Source: Candidatus Bathyarchaeota archaeon
GTDB lineage: Archaea > Thermoproteota > Bathyarchaeia > 40CM-2-53-6 > RBG-13-38-9
Assembly: GCA_963807605.1 (NCBI GenBank)
Contig: CAWECG010000003.1
Coordinates: 32,001 to 96,000, forward strand
Reading direction: 5' to 3'
DNA length: 64,000 nt
Position numbers and translations under genes: made by a program. This document shows, piece by piece, positions 21,287-30,370 of the stretch. Position 1 is the stretch's first letter, and each line of letters starts with the position of its first letter. The notes under the pieces were generated by a model that was not told the origin of the DNA, did not search any database, and was given only the letters and a program-made list of their open reading frames with translations.

Positions 21287-21309
21287 GCGCGCGCTGGTGA
21301 GCACACACA
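21287..21309 (-). repeat. Array site truncated by a (GC)4 run: GCGCGCG-CTGGTGAG-CACACACA
   Basis: Read directly. Confidence 0.75.
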
Positions 21310-21360
21310 TATCCATTATGCAGGATAAACCCTGAACAGTGCTCAGGTGCGTACAAACAA

Positions 21361-21708
21361 TCACTCTTTCGGATTTTGTGGTTTTTGAGCTTTCAGTAGG
21401 GGTCCCAATATGAACTTAGTAGCCATAATTGAAAATGCAGCGAATGCTAGACAGGTAACTCCAGCTAGGAGATACAAACGCCAAACAACGAAAATCAGAG
21501 GTACAACCAGACCAAACAACTCGAAAAGAGCGAACATTCCATATTCGAAGACTTTGTAGACGCCGTCAAATGGCGGACGCTTCTTGACGTAATAGGTATT
21601 CATAGCTAAGGAGTGTCCGAGTAAGTACAAAGACAAATAGAATAACATGCTTAGGAAAAAAAGAATAACTTGTATATTGAAAGCGCTAGCATCTAGCGAT
21701 CTCTGCAA
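21361..21708 (-). CDS. Membrane hypothetical protein
   Basis: Three hydrophobic segments. Confidence 0.5.
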   Translation of the reverse strand: MQRSLDASAFNIQVILFFLSMLFYLSLYLLGHSLAMNTYYVKKRPPFDGVYKVFEYGMFALFELFGLVVPLIFVVWRLYLLAGVTCLAFAAFSIMATKFILGPLLKAQKPQNPKE

Positions 21709-21986
21709 GTATCAGAGTGATCAACGTGAAAGTAAAAGCGCTAAAAAGGCCCAACACACCCATCGCATATCCTTGATGATGAATAAAATCAGAATAACCT
21801 TCATCGTCGGCGCCCAATCAAATCACCCTACCGATAGCGAGTTTGCTTGATTCTCCCCCACCTCCCGTTTCAAAGGATATAAGATTTGTCAATGTTTTAC
21901 AACACTTCTTCATTGCTAAACGCAGTCTCCCATAGCAAGTCTCGTGTGCATAGGGCGGCGTGATTTCAAGGCGCGCGCTATTGATT

Positions 21987-22020
21987 GTGTGTGTGCCTTG
22001 CTGGTGAGCGACGACGACGA
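21987..22020 (-). repeat. Array site: (GT)n - CCTTGCTGGTGAG - (CGA)4
   Basis: Read directly. Confidence 0.9.
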
Positions 22021-22105
22021 AAAAAGATGTGCCTCGCTTCGCTTGGCAGATAATGAAAAGGAAAGTATGCAAGGAAGTTATGAAGAAAGGGAAAGACTGT
22101 TTTGG

Positions 22106-22606
22106 TTAGTCTCTTCTTCTCTTAACCACTACAACCGCGGATAATGCAGCGACTAGTCCTGCTAAGGTTAGGTAGGGTGTTAGAATCTCAAGCTTGTTAG
22201 TTGGTAGGGTGACTCCGCCCACAGGAAAAGTGACTGCATGGAGAATAATGTAATAGTTTTCTCCATTCAGATTGATGCCAAATGGACCCGGAGGGCCGAC
22301 CTGGCCGTAAACTTCGACTAGGTCTCCAACCTGAACATCAGCATAGCCCTGTTGTGGAAATGGAGGACTTACAACAAAGCCAACCTGAACGGTGCTGCCG
22401 ACCGTGAGGCTTCCTGAGCTATCAGAGATTATCTCAAGAATCTGGACATCCCACCAATGTGAACCGATGAGAATCCCCTGATTGGTGACCAAACCTCTGA
22501 TCTTAGCCTCTGTACCGTTAGCGGTAACTACAGGAATTATCGTACTCATAGCGGAGAGAACTAGCAGCATCATTACCGGTGCAAGAACTGAATAATTCTT
22601 ATTCAA
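22106..22606 (-). CDS. Secreted beta-rich protein with PVGG..NKLE-TM-KRRRD tail
   Basis: Signal peptide; tail near-identical to the gene at 1-868. Confidence 0.8.
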   Translation of the reverse strand: MNKNYSVLAPVMMLLVLSAMSTIIPVVTANGTEAKIRGLVTNQGILIGSHWWDVQILEIISDSSGSLTVGSTVQVGFVVSPPFPQQGYADVQVGDLVEVYGQVGPPGPFGINLNGENYYIILHAVTFPVGGVTLPTNKLEILTPYLTLAGLVAALSAVVVVKRRRD

Positions 22607-22893
22607 ACGTGTGCCTCTCTTAATATCATTCTCCGGTCCGCTATTAGTATTAAAACTTTCTAGGGGTATAGTACAAGCGCGCTACCATAGGCAAGATAGA
22701 AGCCTTCCAAAGCCTACAAATACGAAGCCTGGATGTTCCCTAACCATCAACAATTCGTGAACTACTGGAACTATGAGAGACCACACCAAGGAATAAGCTA
22801 TCTATATCCAGCACACGTCTATTTCAGAGACCTAAAGAAAGGAACACATGAGAGTAGCTAGAACAGATGATGTAGATGTCTTCGAGGTGACCT

Positions 22894-23736
22894 TTGTTAA
22901 GCAGGGATTCGCACTCGACTTCGGCAAAGACTGGTAATCCAGCTGAATCCAATCCCTCTAGGCCGATTACCTGGATGCACCTTGTGTCGTTTGCTCTTGC
23001 GACCGCGTTATCGTATGTCTTGGGCGTAGTCTCTTCCCTGTTCTTCCCCGTCTTGGGAGCCCCAGGTGTCACAGCGCTCTACGTTGCAGCCGCGATATAT
23101 GTTCCATTGGCAATTTGGATGGGTATGTGGGGGGTCCTCGCAGGCTATGTCAGCTGCTTTTTCTTGGGCTTGTGGCCAAGTGGATACTCTCCACTTCTAT
23201 CCTCGGTCTGGTCAGTAGCAGATTTCTTGGAAGCCTTGGTGCCACTGCTGTTCTTCAGGTTGCTCAGAGTAGACCCCGACTTTACGGTCAGGCGTCCCAC
23301 TGCAGCAAAATTATTCAGACCACTGGTAAGCATCGGGGTGGCGCTACTCGTCATCGGGATAATTGTGCAGATCTGCTTTGGCTCAATTTATGGTGAACCC
23401 TTTGTCTCAGTATACACGTACACCTTGTACACCGGCTTAGCGCTCTCAATAATTGGAATCTTAGTAGGCGCCTTCAAAGGCGACAAGAAAACATGGGCTA
23501 CGTATATCTTTTCAGGAATAATATCGGCCTCGGTTGTAAGTGGTATATGGGGTGGCTGGGCTTTGACTCTGATACCTGGCCTATCACCACTTCCAGCGGG
23601 CCTATTCCCCGTAGTCCTCACAGGATGGGTTGTCGGCGACATAATAGTACTGGCAGTAATAGCGACAGCACTACTGACCGCACTGACACCTATGATCAAA
23701 CGTTCACCCATATTTGTCAGACGCTGGTGGACTTAG
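22894..23736 (+). CDS. Multi-pass membrane protein (ECF S-component-like)
   Basis: About 8 TMs; GWVVGD motif near the C-terminus. Confidence 0.65.
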   Translation: MLSRDSHSTSAKTGNPAESNPSRPITWMHLVSFALATALSYVLGVVSSLFFPVLGAPGVTALYVAAAIYVPLAIWMGMWGVLAGYVSCFFLGLWPSGYSPLLSSVWSVADFLEALVPLLFFRLLRVDPDFTVRRPTAAKLFRPLVSIGVALLVIGIIVQICFGSIYGEPFVSVYTYTLYTGLALSIIGILVGAFKGDKKTWATYIFSGIISASVVSGIWGGWALTLIPGLSPLPAGLFPVVLTGWVVGDIIVLAVIATALLTALTPMIKRSPIFVRRWWT

Positions 23737-23783
23737 TTTCAGGTAAACCCCTTTTTTTCTTAAGATAGGAAAATACGAGCATA

Positions 23784-24003
23784 GTGTGTGTGCTCACCAG
23801 CTAGGGCAAACACACTAAACGAATGTCTCGCTCTCGGCTCGCCCTGAAGATTCAGGGGATTCTTCCCCTGACATGAACAGGAGGGATTCATGAACAGGAT
23901 AGGGATGGATTGTGTGTGGGTCTTTTGGTGAGGGGGATATAACATAACGCAGAGTTTTTGGTGTCCACGTGGCTATGCCTGATTGGACGTGGAAGTCCAC
24001 GTG
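23784..24003. mobile_element. Two array sites (23793-23806, 23919-23932) with a 112-bp insert, then casposon-like terminus A5 (GGGGATATA at 23933, opposite orientation)
   Basis: Read directly; CCACGTG iterons at 23965-24003. Confidence 0.75.
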
Positions 24004-24197
24004 ATACTGGCTGATGTGTTGTTTCTGATGTTGTGTTTTTTTTGTTTCTGTTTATGTCTTCTTGTTTTGTTTATTGTTTTTTGTTTCACAAAACGTTTTT
24101 CATTATGAAAAAAAGAGTAGGCAGATAAAAACACAAAAAAGTTCTATAATCTGGCCTAGTAAAGACGGAGAAGTCTTGTCCTGCAAGACGATGCTCT

Positions 24198-24779
24198 TCA
24201 CGAATGCAAACGCTTCAACACCGTTGGAAATCTCTTCTGGAGGATTATGAGGGCGACGACGGAGACGAGGAGGTTTGCGGGAACGGACAGAGTGAGTATG
24301 GGATAGGTCCATGCGCTGAACGCTACCGCAAAGTAGCTAAGGAAACCAGCATTCCTACCCAGACTCTGCAGCGCCGCCAATTGGACTGTTGGCATTCCTA
24401 ACGTGAGCTGTGTCGCCACGAAAAGCGCGACCATAGCGGAGCTGAATATGAAGCGTGAAAGCTGGCCTCCAATCACAGCATACACGGCCTTCATCTGCTT
24501 GGAGAGGCGATATGCGAACACCGCCATTATCGCATCACCAAGGCCAGATGGAAACTCAACGTACCATGCACCCGTCCAGGCTGAGGCGGCGATCCCCTTG
24601 ATGATCCCCACTATCGGACCGACCGGCCATGGGCAGAGCACCGCAGCTAATACTACAGCTGTCGATCCAAGGTTTGGGTTTCCGAAAGGTGTCAGAAATA
24701 GCACGCGAGTCAAGCCTATGGCGATGAGACCGAAGATCACAGAACATGTTAACACATTGTAGGTTCGCAATCTGGTCAA
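24198..24779 (-). CDS. ECF transporter S-component-like membrane protein
   Basis: GNPNLGST..GPIVGIIKG; 5-6 TMs. Confidence 0.6.
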   Translation of the reverse strand: MTRLRTYNVLTCSVIFGLIAIGLTRVLFLTPFGNPNLGSTAVVLAAVLCPWPVGPIVGIIKGIAASAWTGAWYVEFPSGLGDAIMAVFAYRLSKQMKAVYAVIGGQLSRFIFSSAMVALFVATQLTLGMPTVQLAALQSLGRNAGFLSYFAVAFSAWTYPILTLSVPANLLVSVVALIILQKRFPTVLKRLHS

Positions 24780-24952
24780 CCTACGTGCATAACCGTTTCG
24801 ACCTTATTCTTTAGCTTTACGATTAGAGTGGGGAATCGATGCAATGATTATGTTGTAGCTTGGCGTTTCGAAGAGCGCCAAAAAAGGGGTAATTCAAAGA
24901 ACAATAGCTACATCAGATGGTTTTGCTTCAGGTTATTCGGGTAAGTAAGCCT

Positions 24953-25543
24953 TCAGATGGTGGGCTTTTGGGATTGTGCAAGGAAAAGGAAGATCACAAG
25001 TCCAATGGTGATTGCGGTGATCATTGGAACTGCAATTTGCTCAACAGCGTTCAGGGCCTGAGAGAATGGTTGTGCTAAGAGAAGAATCAAAGCCATGGCC
25101 CCAGATTCAAAGCAAAAAGCAAGAACGGCTCCTTTAAGCAAGTATGCTTTTCCCGCAATCTTGTTTGAAACTAATCCCGCTATGACACCTGCAAGAATGG
25201 TAGAAATTGAGCAGGGAAGAGCAGTGAAGCCGCCTACTGAGTATCTGTGAATACCCCCAATTAAGCCTGCCAATAATCCAGAAACCGGCCCCCCAATGAG
25301 TCCAGCCATAAGAGGCGCCAGCTCTCTAACGTTCAATATTGCGCCACCTACCACAGAACCCATCAACGTTGCATAGATAGCTAGTATTCCGAAAACAACG
25401 GAGATCAATATCTCTTCTTTCATCCAGTTCTCCCCTCTTATGGGCTTGATGATGCCCATCTTAAAGAGAAGAAGTGCAACAACAATCACAAAAGACGCAG
25501 TTCCCAAAAGAGATAAGATGCCCCAAATAATACTTTCAAACAC
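24953..25543 (-). CDS. Stand-alone LytS/YhcK-type 5TM receptor domain protein
   Basis: ILNVR...AGLIGGP..G..AGLIGGIHR..GGFTA.C. Confidence 0.8.
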   Translation of the reverse strand: MFESIIWGILSLLGTASFVIVVALLLFKMGIIKPIRGENWMKEEILISVVFGILAIYATLMGSVVGGAILNVRELAPLMAGLIGGPVSGLLAGLIGGIHRYSVGGFTALPCSISTILAGVIAGLVSNKIAGKAYLLKGAVLAFCFESGAMALILLLAQPFSQALNAVEQIAVPMITAITIGLVIFLFLAQSQKPTI

Positions 25544-25785
25544 TTAGAACCACTCCTCATAGCGTAATCTCAAGATCTTCGCCAGTCTAACTACTTAACA
25601 TTATATAAAGACAATACAATTAACTCGTGGCCCGAAAGATCCAATGTGCCTCCAAGGCTTGTTTCAATTCAGCGCGCACGCGACAGAGCCCTCGGGGTCC
25701 TAATAGCACTCATTATATCTTGGCTTGATCATCTACTTACCTGTCTACGTCCACGAATCTTCAGAGGCAACCGGGTAAGGAACCA

Positions 25786-26130
25786 GTGAGTACATCACAC
25801 CCGCTCCTATTGCCAGAAAAGAGCGAGATTCACTGTCCAAGCTGCGGGGCAGTCAACCAAGAAACATGGACCTTCTGCCACGTTTGCGGTAAGAACCTCA
25901 AATCTGCCCAGCTGACCAAAGAAGAACTCCTACGAAGCGCAGTGAAAGCACTAGACCAAGGAGAGAAGGAACTCGCAAAGAGATTCATGGACCAAGCAGA
26001 ATCCCTGCTGGAACCACCTAAGCCTAAGCCATCAGAAAAAGAAACCAAAACGCCGACCTGTATTTCTTGTGGAGCCCAAATGCCTGCCCTTGCGACATTC
26101 TGCCCTGTCTGTGGAACTAAACAGCCCTAG
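25786..26130 (+). CDS. Double zinc-ribbon protein
   Basis: CPSCG..FCHVCG and CISCG..FCPVCG. Confidence 0.7.
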   Translation: MSTSHPLLLPEKSEIHCPSCGAVNQETWTFCHVCGKNLKSAQLTKEELLRSAVKALDQGEKELAKRFMDQAESLLEPPKPKPSEKETKTPTCISCGAQMPALATFCPVCGTKQP

Positions 26131-26306
26131 CCAATCATAGACAGCTAGCTGGAGATATTTGCATGCAATCTCGATTGATGGGCGGTTATGATCGAAACCC
26201 AACAATAGCTCAACGATGCTTATCCGGAAGATCTATTCCCTTGGTAACAAACTCCATTTGGATCATGACAGTATCAATTCACTTCTAGCGCGCGCGTTCT
26301 AGCGCG

Positions 26307-26381
26307 CTAGTGAGGACACCCAAAATCCCATTATTAGATTCTGTATGTGTGCGTCGTCGTGTCCTTGGTGAGCACACACAC
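26307..26381 (-). repeat. Last array sites: degenerate core (26307-26314), 45-bp insert ending in GTGTG-CGTCGTCG, core TGTCCTTGGTGAG (26360-26372), (CA)4C
   Basis: Read directly. Confidence 0.75.
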
Positions 26382-26542
26382 CAGGCTTTGACCTATGCTG
26401 ATAAGCCCAGATTGACTCGATAGGATTTCGATAGTCAACTTTGCATTTTTCCCTACAACATCTTAACACTTGTCTCACTTTGCCTTATTGAACGCGCGTG
26501 CGTATACTATGGCCGACTTGTGCGATAGGTCTTCGTTAGATT

Positions 26543-27658
26543 CTAAAACAATGTTCTAGGAGTCTTGGTAAGATATTCGCCTCCTCCGGAGCTCAGTACT
26601 ACAGTGTCTTCGATCTTAATTCCTCCGACAGGTCTGACTGCCAAAAGTGAATGACCTACGGCCAAGGTCCAATTCTCCTTCATTCTTAATTCTGAGTGAT
26701 TCGGATAGTGGCTTGGATGAGGCCATTCTTCAAATTCCAATCCAACTCCGTGTATTGGCCCAGAGATCCAGTATGGCCCATATCCTTTTTCGACAAAGAT
26801 TTTTGAAAACATTTCTGCGACTTGGCCAACCCTCCATTCGGGTCGCATCGCCTTCAGCACGGTTTCTTGGACTTCCGTATAGAGCTGGATCAGCGCCTTC
26901 TGTTTGCTGCTGGGGGATCCGCAGGTAACAGTTCGCGCCGCATCACAAGCGTACATGTCCACCACCGGATGAACATCTACAACAACCAAGTCCCCAAGCT
27001 CTATCTTTCGGCGGAGGGTGCCGCCATGTAGGTGGAGTGAGTGAGGTCCGCTGTCAACAAATGTGCTGGACGAGTAGCGCATCGCTCCCGCCTTTCGCAT
27101 GGCGTATTCGGCCTCGGCGGCTATCTCGATTTCAGTCTTTTCAGGAGAGATTGCTGAAATACCTGCTTCAAGACCCTTGTCTGCCACCGCCGCGGCCTGA
27201 CGCATCGAATCAATTTCCATGGCGTCCTTCACGTAGCGGAGCGGCATCAGTATCTCTTCGTTCTCGACGACTGTCATTCTTAGGTTTGATTTCAGAAATT
27301 TGTACACAAGGAAACCTGGGGTGCTGTGCATGCAGAAACCAACCTTCTTATCGCGTATATCATGCTCATCTACAATCGAGAAGTAGGTTCGCATCAACTC
27401 CTGTGGGCTACGCCAGCCTCGAACATCCTCAATTCCAGTAGCTGTTCTAGCGCTTTCAACCTCTTCAGCGAAGACGATGATCGTCGGCTCCCCATTCTGG
27501 GGGAGGAAGATTCGAGCGACACTTCGCATATCGCCTGTCAGGTAGAAGTAATTCTCTCTGCTTGTGACCTGAAGAGCCGCAACATCATGTTGCGCCATGA
27601 GGTCTTGCGCGTTTTTTCTTCGTTTTTCGAAGACACTCATCCCAAACACCAGAATCAA
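26543..27658 (-). CDS. Xaa-Pro peptidase (M24B)
   Basis: Creatinase N-domain; D..D, HGVGLE..E.P, KIED. Confidence 0.88.
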   Translation of the reverse strand: MILVFGMSVFEKRRKNAQDLMAQHDVAALQVTSRENYFYLTGDMRSVARIFLPQNGEPTIIVFAEEVESARTATGIEDVRGWRSPQELMRTYFSIVDEHDIRDKKVGFCMHSTPGFLVYKFLKSNLRMTVVENEEILMPLRYVKDAMEIDSMRQAAAVADKGLEAGISAISPEKTEIEIAAEAEYAMRKAGAMRYSSSTFVDSGPHSLHLHGGTLRRKIELGDLVVVDVHPVVDMYACDAARTVTCGSPSSKQKALIQLYTEVQETVLKAMRPEWRVGQVAEMFSKIFVEKGYGPYWISGPIHGVGLEFEEWPHPSHYPNHSELRMKENWTLAVGHSLLAVRPVGGIKIEDTVVLSSGGGEYLTKTPRTLF

Positions 27659-28142
27659 TAATCGTCTTTGAAGAAAGAAATATTAGCGTTTCTGCAAACT
27701 GCATGCCTGGATCGAATCTGCACCAGAACCTATCACTGCGTCTATGGAATAGTTAATTCAGCATCGTCCCTGCCTCTGACAGCCGCATACCTCACAGACG
27801 CACAGCTTTAGCGAAGCCACGTGATAGTCCCCCGCAGGCTCAAACCCTCCGAGGCCCGAACCTGCGTGAATTTTGAGCCTTCTTTTGGACTCAATAACGC
27901 ATCGAGCCCCGGCGGCCACACCACTCTAAAATGAATAGATACGCATCCATTTACTCACCACCAGTGATGGCGTTCGCCTCATTCTAATACGTAATTCACC
28001 TCACGTGGTTGAGATTGGGAGGACATTCAAAGACAAGATAAGGATGATGTGGCTGCGGATGTATCAATCACTTCGAATGAATTTTGACCAACAGGAATTA
28101 ATGCACTTACCTATCAAGTTGACAAATTCATAATAAACACAT

Positions 28143-28729
28143 GTGTACTCCATTACGATGAGCATGTCAATTCTAGAAGTCCCAGAATTCTGTCTTATTC
28201 TGGCAAATTTACTGCTAGTTGCCGTGACCGCATATTATGCAATACAGACCAGATGGACTGTACTTGAGATGAGAAGGGCTACTGAGCCACAGTTCTTCCC
28301 CATCTCAGGGCATCTCTGCATCTTTTCACGCTTACACACATCCAACTGCTAGTCGAAAACGTCGGTAAGGGCCCTGCTTTAGACGTAAAAATCGACTTTG
28401 ATCTTCGTGAATTCAGCGATAGTCTACGATCCTACAAAACGTCTATGATAGCATCGAATGGCAAAGTTCGTCTGTGGATTCCAGTAGGAAAAGACAAAGA
28501 GAAATCCTCCATGGATTTCTTTGGTGGACATCAATCGACACTCGACTTTCAGGCTAAATCTCTTGATATTTTTGGCCGACCTTATGTTGTCTCTGAATCC
28601 ATAGACATCACTGCACTTGTTGAGCAGTTCAAAAAGATTGGAGTTGCATGGGAACCGAATTATCTAGTCGAAATCAAGAGGGTGCTCGAGAATATCGAGA
28701 AAGAAGTCAGAAACCTAAGAACTCATTGA
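28143..28729 (+). pseudogene. Membrane-anchored hypothetical protein with a frameshift in a C run near 28297
   Basis: Adding one C restores FFPHLRASL..VENVGKGPALDV, continuous with ORF 28445-28729. Confidence 0.55.
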
Positions 28730-28803
28730 GAATCTCTTATGTTCGTGAAGGGGCGTATATCACGTAGAGCGCGCGCCTACACTATGTCACTTCATTCGAT
28801 CGG

Positions 28804-29241
28804 ATGTCCATAGAAGACATCGAAGTGGCACTGGAAATTGAGAACGAGTGTTTTTCGCCGAAGGAGGCGTTCAGTAGGTATGAATACGAACGTCTTCTCA
28901 AATCGCCTGACGTAATCATGTTCAAGGCGATATCTGAAGGCACGATCGCTGGTTTCGTGGTCGGTCTAGTACACCATCGAGAAGCAGAAGTCCATACCAT
29001 AAATGTCCGTATGGAGTCTAGGCGGAGGGGAGTCGCGACAGGGGTGATCCAGATTCTTGAGACGCAGTTCCTGGAGCTCGGCTGCAAAACCGCTGTCGCC
29101 GAAATCTCTCCCGACAATGTAGCGTCGAAGCGACTTTTCGAGAAGCTCGGATATCGTAACGTGCGATATCTTCCGGGCTTCTACAGCAGGGGAAGAAGCG
29201 CCATATTGGTTGAGAAACTGCTTACACAAAATAGCAATTGA
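28804..29241 (+). CDS. GNAT acetyltransferase (RimI-like)
   Basis: RRRGVA motif A; N.AS.RLFEKLGY. Confidence 0.85.
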   Translation: MSIEDIEVALEIENECFSPKEAFSRYEYERLLKSPDVIMFKAISEGTIAGFVVGLVHHREAEVHTINVRMESRRRGVATGVIQILETQFLELGCKTAVAEISPDNVASKRLFEKLGYRNVRYLPGFYSRGRSAILVEKLLTQNSN

Positions 29242-29257
29242 CAACAGGACGATAACC

Positions 29258-30019
29258 CTATCTTCTTTCTAGCAGCGGCCATGGCTGATCTATGACTCTA
29301 GCGATCCAACCTGATGCAGCTAGGGCGATCGCGGCCACCTGCAGATAGATTTGGTGCAAATACAACACAGAACCAAGCGCGAGGAGCCCGAGGGACACCG
29401 ACCACTTCACCTGCACAATGAGCGGGGGTCTTTTTACCCATTTCAAGATATTCTCTATCGCATCCATTTGCTCATCAGGAACATGCTTCATGCTCTTGAG
29501 GAAATCAACGCAGCTTTCGCATATCCTACATTCTTTCAAGCCGAGAACATGGTTCGCCCTAGGTGAATAGCAGCTATCGAAGAGACACCCCACGTCCTCT
29601 TCGCCGTCCTCATGTTCCGCGTCGTACTGAAGCCACATGACTACTTCCATTATGTTGTATGCAAAGTATTTTTCTAGGTTCTTTCCAGATTCTTTCCGAA
29701 TGAGTTCAGTGTCTGCATTCGTGACCACTCCTAATCTACCTTCAGTTTTCGTGAAAAAACCGCCCTCGATCTTCTTCTTCGTCAGAACAATATCATAGGC
29801 GTACTCTCTAGATTGCGGGTAGAGACTGCAGAAGGTTTCGCCTAGGAGCTTGAGGCTGTATTGGTTAAACTGCATGTCTGGAGGCGGACAGGTCTCAGAG
29901 CTTCCGACATAGTCAAATCCGTAGAACTGCTGCAGCGAGTTCAATTTCGAACACAGCTTCTGTATACCGAGCTTCTGCGTAGGAGCAAGTCCTGCTATGC
30001 GGACTTTGGCAACAGTCAT
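29258..30019 (-). CDS. Hypothetical protein with Cys cluster and C-terminal TMs
   Basis: GCLFD.C...ICESC; two TMs. Confidence 0.6.
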   Translation of the reverse strand: MTVAKVRIAGLAPTQKLGIQKLCSKLNSLQQFYGFDYVGSSETCPPPDMQFNQYSLKLLGETFCSLYPQSREYAYDIVLTKKKIEGGFFTKTEGRLGVVTNADTELIRKESGKNLEKYFAYNIMEVVMWLQYDAEHEDGEEDVGCLFDSCYSPRANHVLGLKECRICESCVDFLKSMKHVPDEQMDAIENILKWVKRPPLIVQVKWSVSLGLLALGSVLYLHQIYLQVAAIALAASGWIARVIDQPWPLLERR

Positions 30020-30370
30020 AGCAATTCACATCATAATTTTTGGGTGAAACGTGCTTATCAGGTCTTCTACGAAATCACTGAGAGAAGTAACCGCATCCCG
30101 CGTCGCAACACCAGCTTACCCAAACACGGCCAAGTGTCTATAAGCAGCCGCGGATGACCCTATTAGCGCGCGCTCATCAAAAAAAAGAAGATCTGGACTG
30201 CGCAATTGCAGCATCTGAGAGAGTAGGAAGGAGCATAAGGATCATATAGTCCTTTCTCACGGTCTACCCCCGAGTGAATATTTTGATTCTTTCTAGCGCG
30301 CGCTAGCTGCCGCGTCCACAGTTCACATACTCGATGAACTCTTTTATTCTAGACTCCAAACTATAAAATT

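Noticed and set aside
27826-27862. tRNA gene
   Set aside because: Only a degenerate T-arm-like piece; no cloverleaf. No complete tRNA or rRNA gene was recognised in the window.
27954-27967. Additional array core (CTCACCACCAG); also GTGTGTGCTCA near 43671
   Set aside because: Partial matches only: the first has no tails, the second lacks most of the core.
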